DNA of 64,000 nucleotides from Candidatus Omnitrophota bacterium (GTDB lineage Bacteria > Omnitrophota > Gorgyraeia > Zapsychrales > Fredricksoniimonadaceae): the NCBI GenBank assembly GCA_903860135.1, contig CAIOPG010000004.1:21558-85557 (forward strand), read 5' to 3'. A program made the translations under genes and the position numbers. The notes beneath the pieces are model-generated. The model saw nothing but the letters and a program-made list of their open reading frames with translations, made no database searches and was not told the DNA's origin. Below, piece by piece: positions 29,767-39,383 of this stretch; positions within the stretch are counted from its first letter, which is position 1; each line of letters starts with the position of its first letter.

Positions 29767-31104
29767 CTATTCTTGATGCACTGTATCCAGATTGTCAAAC
29801 CGCACAAACTGTTTCGAAAATCTCAACTTGATGGTATCTGTTGGCCCATTGCGCTGCTTGGCAATGATGATATCCGCCAGGCCAATATTCTCCGGCTTGG
29901 CGTCATAATAATCTTCCCGCACCAGAAGCACCACAACGTCGGCATCCTGCTCGATAGCACCAGACTCTCTCAGATCCGACAACTGCGGTCTGTGATCCGC
30001 CCGGCTTTCCACGGCGCGCGATAACTGGCTGATAGCGATCACCGGAACACTCAACTCACGCGCCAGTGCCTTGAGCGAGCGCGAAATTTCAGAAATCTCC
30101 TGCTGACGGCTCTCGGCCCGGACAGAAGAACGCATGAGCTGAAGATAATCAACTACGACAAGTCCGATGTTGCTCGACGCCTTGAGCCGCCGCGCCTTGG
30201 CACGCAATTCCAGCGGAGAAATAGCCGGTGTGTCGTCGATAAAGAACGGGATGTTGGACAAACGGGCCGCCGCACGGGTCAGTAAGGGCCAATCCGAAGA
30301 CGCCAGCATTCCGGTACGCACCTTTGAAGCATCCACGCGCGCCTGCGAACACAACATGCGCATGACAACCTGTTCCTTGGACATTTCCAGGCTAAAGAAC
30401 GCAACACCAACGCCTTTGTCAATAGAGGCATGCTCGGCGATGGTCGCCGCAAAAGCGCTCTTGCCCATGGAAGGACGCGCCGCCACTATGATCAAGTCCG
30501 AGCGCTGCAAGCCCGAAGTCAGTTTGTCAAACGCATAAAAGCCCGTCGCCACCCCGGTCACCGTTTCCTTGCGGTGATACAGGGAATCAATGACCTTGAT
30601 CGTTTCCTTAACGATATCCTTGACCGCAAAAGACTGCTGTTTCTGGCGGGCATGGGCGATCTCGAAGATGATACGCTCCGCATCATCCACAAGGACGCTC
30701 GCCTCGGTGCCCTCCTCGTAACTACGCGCCACGATCTCGGTCGAACTCTTGATGAGCTTGCGCTTAATGCCCTTTTCCTTGACGATCTCGACATGGAACA
30801 TGACATTGGCCGCCGTCGGGATAGAATCAGCCAATTCAGCCAGATACCCCGCCCCGCCCACCGACTCAAGCACACCGTCGCTTTTCAAGCGATCACTGAG
30901 TGTAATGATGTCAACATTTTTGCGGTCCGCGTAAAGCTTGACCATCCCGTCAAATATCTTCTGGTGCGAGGCATCATAAAAAAAAGAGCTATCGAGGCTT
31001 TCAATCACAGCCCCGATAGCATCTTCATCCAAAAGCATCGCCCCCAAAACAGCACGCTCCGCCGCCTGGCTCTGGGGAGGGATCCTTATTTCTTCGTGAC
31101 CCAT
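29767..31104 (-). CDS. dnaB: Replicative DNA helicase DnaB
   Basis: DnaB N-terminal domain plus RecA-like C-terminal domain (ARPSMGKSAFA Walker A). Confidence 0.92.
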   Translation of the reverse strand: MGHEEIRIPPQSQAAERAVLGAMLLDEDAIGAVIESLDSSFFYDASHQKIFDGMVKLYADRKNVDIITLSDRLKSDGVLESVGGAGYLAELADSIPTAANVMFHVEIVKEKGIKRKLIKSSTEIVARSYEEGTEASVLVDDAERIIFEIAHARQKQQSFAVKDIVKETIKVIDSLYHRKETVTGVATGFYAFDKLTSGLQRSDLIIVAARPSMGKSAFAATIAEHASIDKGVGVAFFSLEMSKEQVVMRMLCSQARVDASKVRTGMLASSDWPLLTRAAARLSNIPFFIDDTPAISPLELRAKARRLKASSNIGLVVVDYLQLMRSSVRAESRQQEISEISRSLKALARELSVPVIAISQLSRAVESRADHRPQLSDLRESGAIEQDADVVVLLVREDYYDAKPENIGLADIIIAKQRNGPTDTIKLRFSKQFVRFDNLDTVHQE

Positions 31105-31529
31105 AACCGGAACTTGGCGGTTACATCCGGATGCAGTTTCACGCCAATTTCGAATATGCCCAACTCTTCAACAGGCTTTTCGATCACAAGGTCGTGACGT
31201 TCAACTTTAAAACCTTCCGACTCAAGGGATCGGAGAATATCTGCCTCTGACACCGCGCCGTACAGTTTTTCATGGTCATTAACTTCAACTGTGATCGTGC
31301 ACGAAACCTTGGCGATCTTGGCCGCCACAACTTCGGCCTCCTTGCGCTTGGCCTCATACGCCACAGCCTGCTTCGCCTTCAACTTGGCGATATTCTTCAA
31401 ATTTTCTTTGGTCGCAGCAACAGCTGTTTGACGCGGCATCAAATAATTACGCGCAAAACCATCCTTGACCTTGACCACCTCGCCAGCCTTACCCAGGCTG
31501 GTAACATCCTGACAAAGAATGACTTCCAT
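31086..31529 (-). CDS. rplI: 50S ribosomal protein L9
   Basis: MEVILCQDV..LGK.GEVVKVKDGFARNYL L9 N-domain signature. Confidence 0.92.
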   Translation of the reverse strand: MEVILCQDVTSLGKAGEVVKVKDGFARNYLMPRQTAVAATKENLKNIAKLKAKQAVAYEAKRKEAEVVAAKIAKVSCTITVEVNDHEKLYGAVSEADILRSLESEGFKVERHDLVIEKPVEELGIFEIGVKLHPDVTAKFRLWVTKK

Positions 31530-31532
31530 CGT

Positions 31533-31802
31533 TTACTTCCTTTTTGCAGAACCAACCGGCAACAAACCCAAGAACCTGCCTCGTTTGATCGCTTCACAAA
31601 GCAAGCGCTGATTCTTCGCGCTTACTCCCGTAAAACGACGGGACAGGATCTTCCCGCGCTCGCTCAAAAGCTTCCGGAGCGTTGCGATATCCTTGTAATC
31701 AATGACCGCCGGCAGTTCAACCAGGAACCTAGGGGTTCGTGTGACCCTGCGGGGCTTTTTGCTCTTGCTCTTTGTTGTTGTTTTGTTAAATGACTTTTCC
31801 AA
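31533..31802 (-). CDS. rpsR: 30S ribosomal protein S18
   Basis: IDYKD...[17 protein letters not shown]18 signature. Confidence 0.92.
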   Translation of the reverse strand: MEKSFNKTTTKSKSKKPRRVTRTPRFLVELPAVIDYKDIATLRKLLSERGKILSRRFTGVSAKNQRLLCEAIKRGRFLGLLPVGSAKRK

Positions 31803-31843
31803 TTTATCCTCCTTTATATAATCTGCTCCTGGACCATGGAGCT

Positions 31844-32278
31844 TTATTCTTCCAGTGCCATATCATCCGGACGAACAACATCCTGTGAATGATCGCCTGC
31901 CGTCCCTTCAGTGTTCCCGCCGCTATCGGCCCCTTTGCCCGCGCTGGCCGTACCGCCCATAAACTGGATACGTTCCGCGCGCACATCGATCGTGCTTCGC
32001 TTCTGGCCGTCAGGCGTCTCCCATGAACGGGACTGGAGAATGCCTTCAACAAAAACCGGATGGCCTTTTTGCAAATATTCATTACATGCTTCAGCCTGTT
32101 TGTCCCAAACCGTGATCGTTACAAAACAGGTGTCTTCCTTCAGCTCGCCCGTACGATCCTTGAACTTGCGGTTTACCGCCATACGCAAATTGGCTACTGC
32201 TGTGCCACCGGGTGTGTAACGCAATTCCGGATCTTTGGTCAGATTGCCAATCAACAAAACCTTGTTCAAGCTGGGCAT
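31844..32278 (-). CDS. ssb: Single-stranded DNA-binding protein
   Basis: OB-fold [23 protein letters not shown], Gly-rich tail, acidic C-terminus (DDMALEE). Confidence 0.92.
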   Translation of the reverse strand: MPSLNKVLLIGNLTKDPELRYTPGGTAVANLRMAVNRKFKDRTGELKEDTCFVTITVWDKQAEACNEYLQKGHPVFVEGILQSRSWETPDGQKRSTIDVRAERIQFMGGTASAGKGADSGGNTEGTAGDHSQDVVRPDDMALEE

Positions 32279-32314
32279 CGTTCTTACCTCCGTCGTGCAT
32301 CAACGCAAAACAGA

Positions 32315-32617
32315 TCAGACCGCCTTGACCGGCTCCGCCTTGATGATCAGGAAACGCAAGATACGCTCGCTGATCTGCAACTCACGGCGCAACTTCGCCA
32401 TCTCCAGCGGCTTTCCATCGACATTCAACAAATAATAGGTTCCTTCAACAGCTTTCCCAATCGGGAATGACATCTTCTGCCGTTCGAACCAGATCGCTGA
32501 ATTGACAACTTTTCCGCCATGCTTGGCAATGATATCTGCCATGAATTTGACAGTATCGCCTTTTTCCGCGTCCGTCAGGCGCGCGTCCACAATGTAAATC
32601 AGTTCGTACTTATTCAT
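32315..32617 (-). CDS. rpsF: 30S ribosomal protein S6
   Basis: MNKYELIYIV S6 N-terminus; heads the rpsF-ssb-rpsR-rplI operon. Confidence 0.92.
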   Translation of the reverse strand: MNKYELIYIVDARLTDAEKGDTVKFMADIIAKHGGKVVNSAIWFERQKMSFPIGKAVEGTYYLLNVDGKPLEMAKLRRELQISERILRFLIIKAEPVKAV

Positions 32618-33209
32618 TACCCTTCCTTTTGTTGTGCCGTGTCATCGCCGTGGCCATTTCCCCACCTAACCACAGGCGACAGCAATCCGCTGCGCTTTCA
32701 AAAACTTCGTCGAGCTCTTTCATTTCCACCGCGCTGAAACGTCCGAGCACAAAATCTGTTTGTGCCCCCAGCCATGACAGCGGAGGTGACCCTATCCCGA
32801 GTTTGAGCCGCGCGTAAGCATCTGAAGCCAGATGCGCGGTGATAGACTTCAAGCCGTTATGTCCGCCATCCGAACCGCCGAGCCGCAACTTCAATCTCCC
32901 GAAATCAATCCTTAAATCATCACAAAGAACAAGAATGTTTTCGAGGGCTATATTTTCAACGCGGACAATATCCCTGACCGCAAGCCCCGAATTGTTCATG
33001 AACGTCTGGGGCAATGCCAAGACAAGCGTTGCTTCACCATCCTGGACCTCAGCCGTAAAGGCTGACGCATGCCTGTGTTTTCTAAACGCAACACCATACC
33101 CTTCGGCCAAGTGCTGAACAGCCATAAAACCAAAATTATGCCGCGTTTTTTCATATTCACGCCCTGGGTTCCCAAGGCCGACGATGAGTTTTGTAGTGCC
33201 CAAAACCAC
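32610..33209 (-). CDS. pth: Peptidyl-tRNA hydrolase
   Basis: LIVGLGNPG...TRHN.GF...DD....G.LRLR.GGS.GGHNGLKS motifs. Confidence 0.92.
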   Translation of the reverse strand: MVLGTTKLIVGLGNPGREYEKTRHNFGFMAVQHLAEGYGVAFRKHRHASAFTAEVQDGEATLVLALPQTFMNNSGLAVRDIVRVENIALENILVLCDDLRIDFGRLKLRLGGSDGGHNGLKSITAHLASDAYARLKLGIGSPPLSWLGAQTDFVLGRFSAVEMKELDEVFESAADCCRLWLGGEMATAMTRHNKRKGNE

Positions 33210-33257
33210 CCCCGTCTTACGCGTTCAAAGAGCATTAACCTGTGCCGCAAGCAACAA

Positions 33258-34010
33258 TTACTTCTTCGCCTCAGGCTTGGCCGCCGGCGCCGCCTTGGCT
33301 CCCGCTGCCGCCTTAGCTCCTGCTGCCGCCTTAGCTCCTGCTGCCGGAGCAGCACCCGCTGCGGCATCCTTCGGCTTTTCCTTGGTCACTTCAACATCAG
33401 GCTTGGCCGTGCCATCAGCCGCAACCGCCTCGACTTCACGATCCGCGAACACAAGACCCGCCACCGCCGCACCTGGATCCAGCTTGGTGCGAACGCCTGC
33501 CGGAAGTGCGAGGTCGCGCACATGAATGGACACATGGGTATCCACATTGGAAACATCCACATCAATATGGCTCGGGATATTTTTTGGTAAACAAATGATC
33601 TCAATCTCGCGGATCATATGCTCGAGCGTCGAACCTTCCTTCTTGAGACCCAAGGCCGTGCCCTTGAGGACGATCGGAACCTTGATCGCGATCTCTTTAT
33701 CCATGGAAATGTGCATGAAATCCAGATGCTGCACAACATCGGTAACAGGATTATACTGGGTCTCTTTTAAAAGAGCCATGTATTCCTTCTGGAGCTTCCC
33801 GCCAGCCATCACCTGCAGATGATAAATCGCACTGGTAGTTTCATGATGCCGTAAAATACGGTCAAAATCATTGCGTGACAACTGGACGACCTGAGACTTG
33901 TCGCCTTCACCATAAATAACAGCAGGAATAATGCCCTGCTTGCGCATACGGCAGGCCGGTCCACTGCCTTTGAGAGTTCTTGCTTCAACGGTCAATTCAA
34001 TCTGTTCCAT
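33258..34010 (-). CDS. rplY: 50S ribosomal protein L25/general stress protein Ctc, with Ala/Gly/Lys-rich C-terminal tail
   Basis: L25 N-domain plus Ctc beta-barrel. C-terminal (AGAKAA)n tail is encoded by 18-bp tandem DNA repeats at ~33285-33365. Confidence 0.88.
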   Translation of the reverse strand: MEQIELTVEARTLKGSGPACRMRKQGIIPAVIYGEGDKSQVVQLSRNDFDRILRHHETTSAIYHLQVMAGGKLQKEYMALLKETQYNPVTDVVQHLDFMHISMDKEIAIKVPIVLKGTALGLKKEGSTLEHMIREIEIICLPKNIPSHIDVDVSNVDTHVSIHVRDLALPAGVRTKLDPGAAVAGLVFADREVEAVAADGTAKPDVEVTKEKPKDAAAGAAPAAGAKAAAGAKAAAGAKAAPAAKPEAKK

Positions 34011-34031
34011 AGCACTAAACCACCTTTTCTA

Positions 34032-34979
34032 CTAACGATTAACGTCGAACAGGCAACTGATGGACTGTTCATTATGAATACGGCTGATCGCCTCGGCCAA
34101 AAGGGACGCGACGGTCAACTGCTTGATCTTCGGGATACGCTTTTCATTTGTCAGCGGGATACTGTCGGTGATCACAAGCTCCTCGAGCGCCTCACAACCC
34201 ACAAGCCGCTCGACAGCTGAGCCAGAAAGCACCCCGTGTGTCACCGCCGCATAGACCTTCTTTACGCCGGCATTCTTAAGGGCCTTGACGGCTTCGATCA
34301 ACGAACCGCCCGTAGCCACAAGGTCATCGACCAGCACCGCCGTCTTGCCCTTGACATTACCTAGGATGTTCATGACCTCGGTCTCCTCCGGCGACATGCG
34401 GCGCTTGTCAATGATGGCAAGACCAGCACTCAAGCGCTTGGCATATGCCCGCGCCATCCTGATGCCGCCGACATCTGGAGAAACAACAACAATGTCCTTC
34501 ATGTTCATCTGCTCAAAATACTCGCAGATCGTATTGATCGCGTAAAGGTGATCGACCGGTATATCAAAGAAGCCCTGGATCTGACTGGCATGCAAGTCCA
34601 TGCACAGCACGCGGTCAACCCCCGCCGCGGTGATCAGGTTAGCCACTAGCTTCGCCGTAATGGGCACGCGCGGCTGGTCCTTGCGGTCTTGCCGGGCATA
34701 ACCGTAGAACGGAATGACCGCCGTGATGCGCTTGGCCGAAGCACGCCTGGCCGCGTCGATCAGGATCAACAGTTCCATTAAATTATCATTCGTGGGCGGG
34801 CAGGTCGGCTGAACAATAAAGACGTCCTTGCCACGCACATTGGAAACGATCTGAACGCGGATCTCGCCTTCGCTAAAGCGGCCACAAAGAACTTCGGTCA
34901 AAGGAATATCAAGGGACGCGCAGATCTTCTCCGCAAGTTCCTTGTGCGCATTGCCTGAAATAATACTGATCTCACTCAT
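34032..34979 (-). CDS. prs: Ribose-phosphate pyrophosphokinase
   Basis: PRPP-binding motif VLVDDLVATGGS plus N-terminal Pribosyltran_N. Confidence 0.93.
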   Translation of the reverse strand: MSEISIISGNAHKELAEKICASLDIPLTEVLCGRFSEGEIRVQIVSNVRGKDVFIVQPTCPPTNDNLMELLILIDAARRASAKRITAVIPFYGYARQDRKDQPRVPITAKLVANLITAAGVDRVLCMDLHASQIQGFFDIPVDHLYAINTICEYFEQMNMKDIVVVSPDVGGIRMARAYAKRLSAGLAIIDKRRMSPEETEVMNILGNVKGKTAVLVDDLVATGGSLIEAVKALKNAGVKKVYAAVTHGVLSGSAVERLVGCEALEELVITDSIPLTNEKRIPKIKQLTVASLLAEAISRIHNEQSISCLFDVNR

Positions 34980-36237
34980 GAGCCTGTACCTTTTTTATTG
35001 CCCTCGCCGGGATACCGACCCCGACCATGCCTGCCGGGATTTTCCGCGAAGGCGTCACCACACATCCGGCACCAGCCACCGCGCCGTCCCCTACCTCGGT
35101 AGGAGCGACCAGGACCGCATCACAACCAATGAAAGCCTTGCGCCCGATGCGTGTTTTGTTTTTATTCTTTCCGTCATAATTCGCTGTTACGGCACCAGCA
35201 CCGATGTTGGCACCTTCGCCGACAACCGCATCACCGAGAAAACTGAAATGCTTCATCATCACGCCAGCACCAAGCACCGACCGCGAAACCTCGGCAAAAT
35301 TACCGATCGCCACATGATCCCCGAGCTTCGTACCCGGCCTCAGCCGCGCGAACGGCCCGATGGAACAATGCTGTCCGATCCGAACCCCAGCATGAATATA
35401 CGTACAGGGATAAATGACCGTGTCCTGCCCGATAACCGCGCCGTCTTCTATATAAGTCGTAGCGGGATCAACCAGCGTAACCCCGTTCTCCATCCAATAT
35501 GTCAAAATCTTTTCCCGCACAATCTTTTCGGCCAGCGACAGTTCCACGCGCGTGTTAAGGCCAAGATTGGCGGTCCATTCATCAGAAACAAAAGCACCGG
35601 CCTTGCCGCCCTGTCCCGCCACAAGTTCAATGATATCGGTCAGGTAGAATTCTTTTTTCTTCGGATTAGCCTTGATCTTGCCGATCAAGCTAAAAAGCGC
35701 CACCGCCGAAAAACAGTAAACTCCGGTGTTGATCTCGCGTAAGGCCGCTTCTTCAGGCGAACAATCTTTCTGCTCACGGATAGCCAGCAGCGCGCCTTTG
35801 GCATTACGGATGATCCGTCCATAACCCGCCGCATCTGCCAAGACCGTGGTCAGCACTGTCGCCAGATGACCGTTCTTGCGGTGTGACTGAACAAGCTTGC
35901 GGATAACCGCCTTATCCAGCAAAGGCGTATCGCCGCACATCACCAGAACTTCGCCGCCGACACCTTTGAAATGATCGGCACAGCAACGCACCGCATCCGC
36001 CGTCCCCAGCAATGACGGCTGGATCACAACTTCCGCACGCCCCGCCACAGATTCCCTGACGCGATCAGCCTTGTGCCCTACCACCACATACGTTCTCAAA
36101 GAACCAACCGCTTGCGCCACATCCAGCACATAATGCAGAACCGGCTTACCAGCCAAGTGATGCAACACCTTGGGTGTTTCAGATTTAAACCGCGAGCCTT
36201 TGCCAGCCGCGAGAATGATCGTGCGTAATTCTTTCAT
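34972..36237 (-). CDS. glmU: Bifunctional UDP-GlcNAc pyrophosphorylase / GlcN-1-P N-acetyltransferase
   Basis: N-terminal nucleotidyltransferase (LAAGKGSRFKS) plus C-terminal LbH acetyltransferase domain. Confidence 0.9.
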   Translation of the reverse strand: MKELRTIILAAGKGSRFKSETPKVLHHLAGKPVLHYVLDVAQAVGSLRTYVVVGHKADRVRESVAGRAEVVIQPSLLGTADAVRCCADHFKGVGGEVLVMCGDTPLLDKAVIRKLVQSHRKNGHLATVLTTVLADAAGYGRIIRNAKGALLAIREQKDCSPEEAALREINTGVYCFSAVALFSLIGKIKANPKKKEFYLTDIIELVAGQGGKAGAFVSDEWTANLGLNTRVELSLAEKIVREKILTYWMENGVTLVDPATTYIEDGAVIGQDTVIYPCTYIHAGVRIGQHCSIGPFARLRPGTKLGDHVAIGNFAEVSRSVLGAGVMMKHFSFLGDAVVGEGANIGAGAVTANYDGKNKNKTRIGRKAFIGCDAVLVAPTEVGDGAVAGAGCVVTPSRKIPAGMVGVGIPARAIKKVQAHE

Positions 36238-36367
36238 AAGCTCCCGATACTATTCTCCGTCGAAAAACAACAAGGACGCCAGGCACAAACAACCGCCTCG
36301 CGGGAAAGCTTTTCCGCACAGAGCCGGTAGTATAGCCCACACCCTATTTTTCGTCAAGGTGAAAATA

Positions 36368-36610
36368 TCAGGAGGCGACCAGTGCTAATTTTCTGAGCCT
36401 AGGCCATCGCTTGATCTCGGCCTCGCGCACCAGCGCCGCGCTTTTATCTAAGCAGGCCTCGGAATAAAGTAATTGCACAACCCCGAAAGCCCGTGTGAAC
36501 TTCCCGCCTTTGCCGGAACGATGTTCCTCCAGGCGCCGCGCCACATCCGTAGTCGCGCCTGTATAAAGCCGGCCGCCAGAACATTTAAGGATATAAACAT
36601 GCCAGGTCAT
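36368..36610 (-). CDS. GIY-YIG nuclease superfamily protein (UPF0213/YhbQ-like)
   Basis: WHVYILKCSGGRLYTGATTDVARRLEEH ... EAEIKRW: GIY-YIG motifs. Start set at MTWHVYIL. Confidence 0.7.
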   Translation of the reverse strand: MTWHVYILKCSGGRLYTGATTDVARRLEEHRSGKGGKFTRAFGVVQLLYSEACLDKSAALVREAEIKRWPRLRKLALVAS

Positions 36611-36662
36611 AATGGATCCTTGTGCTACGCGCACGTCGAGGAATAACGATTATGGCACAACC

Positions 36663-36947
36663 CTACGCCTCAACCAACCGTCCTGCGACATACTTGTGCA
36701 ACAGACTGCTGACAAACGTCTGATAGGGCAAGCCATCCTGCATGGCCCGTTTTTGCAAACCCTGCAGATCGTGAGATGAAATACGGATGTTCAGCCGCGC
36801 ATCCTTCTTCATCATCGCCTTGGCGGCATCCTGGTATTTACGCAATTCACCCTTGCTGGTCGTGATTCTCCATTCACCGCGCTCAACAGAATGCAGAAGA
36901 TCCTCTTCTTCTTTATTCAGTTTCATAACCACCCTTCCTTTCCCCAA
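36663..36947 (-). CDS. brnA: BrnA-type antitoxin (ribbon-helix-helix, COG3514 family)
   Basis: C-terminal LNIRISSHDLQGLQKRAMQDGLPYQTFVSSLLHKYVAGRL matches the BrnA family hallmark. Overlaps upstream brnT by 35 nt. Confidence 0.75.
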   Translation of the reverse strand: MGKGRVVMKLNKEEEDLLHSVERGEWRITTSKGELRKYQDAAKAMMKKDARLNIRISSHDLQGLQKRAMQDGLPYQTFVSSLLHKYVAGRLVEA

Positions 36948-37209
36948 AATAATGCCGTGTCAATTTACGACTCGGAATAATAGTCTTTAAGAAGATATTA
37001 CTCTCATCTTCAACAAAAGGAACCGCATATACATACGCTTCGATACATATCACAAAAACCTGCTGATGCGGATACTTGACCCTGTTCGGATGATCAAGCC
37101 TTGCCAGCAGATCCCCGTTGTTAATATGATAAACAACATCCTCAAATGACACACCGCGACCGTGTTTCAATAACTTATTCTTTTCTTCATCCCACGCAAA
37201 TGCTTTCAT
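36913..37209 (-). CDS. brnT: BrnT-type toxin (DUF497 RNase)
   Basis: MKAFAWDEEKNKLLKHGRGVSFEDV N-terminus typical of DUF497/BrnT; AT-rich (~40% GC). Confidence 0.75.
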   Translation of the reverse strand: MKAFAWDEEKNKLLKHGRGVSFEDVVYHINNGDLLARLDHPNRVKYPHQQVFVICIEAYVYAVPFVEDESNIFLKTIIPSRKLTRHYFGERKGGYETE

Positions 37210-37339
37210 GATTTAAGAATACCACAATGTGTGCATTACGGAAACAGGAATGTTGATTGCAAGAGAAACGCCCCACCCTGACAATTTGTCAAGATGAGGC
37301 GACTCGCTCATTTAAACAGGATCCAAATGAGCGTTAAAC

Positions 37340-37413
37340 TGGCTGCCCGGCTAGGGGTCGAACCTAGAAACCCAGAACCAAAATCTGGTGTGTTACCATT
37401 ACACTACCAGGCA
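37340..37413 (-). tRNA. tRNA-Gln (anticodon UUG)
   Basis: Minus-strand cloverleaf: acceptor TGCCTGG/CCGGGCA, D-arm TAGTGTAATGGTAACACA, anticodon stem CCAGA/TCTGG with loop TTTTGGT (anticodon TTG), T-arm TAGGTTCGACCCCTA, encoded CCA. 6 nt downstream of ispE. Confidence 0.8.
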
Positions 37414-37419
37414 ATATAT

Positions 37420-38295
37420 CTAAAATGTACGCACCGCAAAGACCTGACGGTACGTGCGGGAAAAAATGTCTTTGATGCGCAAGGCCTCAGCTTCCGAAGC
37501 CGTGACGGCAAACACCGTCGGGCCACTGCCGGAAAATGAAACACCGGCGGGGCTTTGACGAACAAGGCGTGCCTTGAGCCTCGCCAGGTGCGGCTTCAGC
37601 GCAAGGATCGGCACTTCAAGGTCATTTAAAAGCAACCTGCCGACACCGGCGAAATCCTTCTGCTTTAAAGAACGAAGCATCATGGTAACATCCGCGTCGG
37701 GCTTTGTCAAACAGGAGGCTGTTTTCCCGAAAAGGCCGTAAACATCCTTTGTCAAAACCGGTGCGCGCGGCACGACGAGAACATGCCATAAACGCGCCTG
37801 CGAGGTCAAAGGCTTGATCCTGTCACCCCGGCCGGTACCCAGCGCCAGCGGCGTGTCATACAAAAAGAATGCCACGTCACTGCCGATCTTGCGTGCATAC
37901 GTCAGGCGCCGGACGGATGAAAGCCCCAACCCCCACAACCGGTCAAGGCCCATGATCGCCGTTGCCGCATTGCTTGACCCGCCGGCAAGGCCGGCCGCCA
38001 CCGGAATCCGCTTGGTGATATGGATGCGTGCCCCGTGCGCCACATTCTCGCCCTTCAGGAGCAAAGCCGCTGCCTTATAAACCAGATTCCGCTCGTCACA
38101 GGGAACGCGCCCATCATCACAGGAAATAATGATCTCTCCGACGGGTGCCGGCGAGAAAGTAATATCATCATGCAGGTCAATGCGCTCAAACAGCGTCACA
38201 AGCTCATGAAAACCGTCCGGGCGGCGTCCCGTCACATGAAGAAAAAGATTCAGCTTGGCGTAAGATGGAAGACTGAAAGGCTTGACTGACATCAT
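37420..38295 (-). CDS. ispE: 4-diphosphocytidyl-2-C-methyl-D-erythritol kinase
   Basis: GHMP kinase: AKLNLFLHVTG N-motif and PVAAGLAGGSSNAA ATP-binding motif. Confidence 0.9.
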   Translation of the reverse strand: MMSVKPFSLPSYAKLNLFLHVTGRRPDGFHELVTLFERIDLHDDITFSPAPVGEIIISCDDGRVPCDERNLVYKAAALLLKGENVAHGARIHITKRIPVAAGLAGGSSNAATAIMGLDRLWGLGLSSVRRLTYARKIGSDVAFFLYDTPLALGTGRGDRIKPLTSQARLWHVLVVPRAPVLTKDVYGLFGKTASCLTKPDADVTMMLRSLKQKDFAGVGRLLLNDLEVPILALKPHLARLKARLVRQSPAGVSFSGSGPTVFAVTASEAEALRIKDIFSRTYRQVFAVRTF

Positions 38296-39269
38296 GGCTT
38301 CCTGAGCGCTTTGATACCGTTGCGGATCTTGAGGCGCAAGCCAGTCATACCCGCATCAAGGACAAAAGCCCGCCGCCACGCATCGACCGCCCTATCCATC
38401 CTGCCCAGCCTCTGATAGGCGTCGCCGATATGGTCAAGGATCGCAGGATCCTTGTCAATCACCACCGCCTGCTGAAGGTACCTTAACGCCAGGTTCCATT
38501 GCCCCCGCTTAAAAAATATCCACCCCAGACTGTCGCGGTAGGCGGCATTCTTCGGCTCAACCACCAGCGCCCGTTTGATCAAATTTCCGGCCGCTTCAAG
38601 TTCAGCGCCATCCTCAGCGTAACTGTAACCCAGCGCATTAAGGCAATCAGCGTCACAGGGATCAACGCCGACACAACGTTTCAAAAGATCCCTGCCCTCA
38701 TCGCGACGGCCATGATCAAGATAATATGACCCCACCTGAAGCAGGGCCGCCGTGCTTAGGGGTTCTGCGGCTAAAAGGTTCTCGAACTGTTCCACTGCCG
38801 CGCGTTCTTTACCCTGGGCATAATAAATGCGGGCCAGCATCATACGGATATCTGCGCTCCCAGGATCAACCGAGGAAAGTGCCTTGAGGATTGTCTCAAA
38901 TTGCGCCGAAGCCTTCGCGTATTCACGCAAAGAACTATGCGCAAGCGCAAGGAGATAACGTGACTGAAGATCATCCGGCCGAAGACCAATGGCCTGAGTG
39001 AAAGCCTGAACCGCCTGACGGTTTTCTCCCAGATCGGAAGCCACAATACCCAAGCGCATCTGCGCCGCGAACGCCGACGGATACTGCTGGACAGACTTCA
39101 AATAAGCGTGAAAAGCAAGGCGCGGTTTTTCCTGGAACTCAAAGGAAACACCCATAATGTAATGGGCAATACCCTGCGCAGCTCCGGCGCGCGCGACACC
39201 GGCCGGAGCTGAGACAAATACACAGACAGCGCCAAAGAACGCGCAATAGCGCAAGCTACGGCATAACAT
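38292..39269 (-). CDS. TPR-repeat protein with signal peptide (ATGA-coupled to ispE)
   Basis: N-terminal signal sequence plus multiple tetratricopeptide repeats. Occupies the position taken by lolB in gammaproteobacterial lolB-ispE-prs synteny (analogy only). Confidence 0.65.
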   Translation of the reverse strand: MLCRSLRYCAFFGAVCVFVSAPAGVARAGAAQGIAHYIMGVSFEFQEKPRLAFHAYLKSVQQYPSAFAAQMRLGIVASDLGENRQAVQAFTQAIGLRPDDLQSRYLLALAHSSLREYAKASAQFETILKALSSVDPGSADIRMMLARIYYAQGKERAAVEQFENLLAAEPLSTAALLQVGSYYLDHGRRDEGRDLLKRCVGVDPCDADCLNALGYSYAEDGAELEAAGNLIKRALVVEPKNAAYRDSLGWIFFKRGQWNLALRYLQQAVVIDKDPAILDHIGDAYQRLGRMDRAVDAWRRAFVLDAGMTGLRLKIRNGIKALRKP

Positions 39270-39281
39270 AGCCGGCGAAAA

Positions 39282-39383
39282 TTAGCGGGTGTCTCTCTTC
39301 TTGAGATGACGGAGGGATTTGCGCAACTTCTTGCGCTTGTGTGTCTTGATTTTCTTCAGTTTTCTTTTTCTTCCGCAAGGCAT
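39282..39383 (-). CDS. Candidate 33-aa ultra-basic peptide (bS22/mS38-like), not in ORF track
   Basis: Manual translation: MPCGRKRKLKKIKTHKRKKLRKSLRHLKKRDTR. AAAGGTAGG SD-like sequence 8 nt upstream; 13 nt upstream of the TPR gene start. 22/33 residues K/R/H. Confidence 0.35.
   Translation of the reverse strand: MPCGRKRKLKKIKTHKRKKLRKSLRHLKKRDTR

Noticed and set aside
37303-37333. Hairpin cgctcattt-aaacaggatcc-aaatgagcg next to tRNA-Gln, considered as tRNA terminator
   Set aside because: No adjacent T-run on the tRNA (minus) strand. It may instead belong to the brnT promoter/operator region. Insufficient evidence to call.
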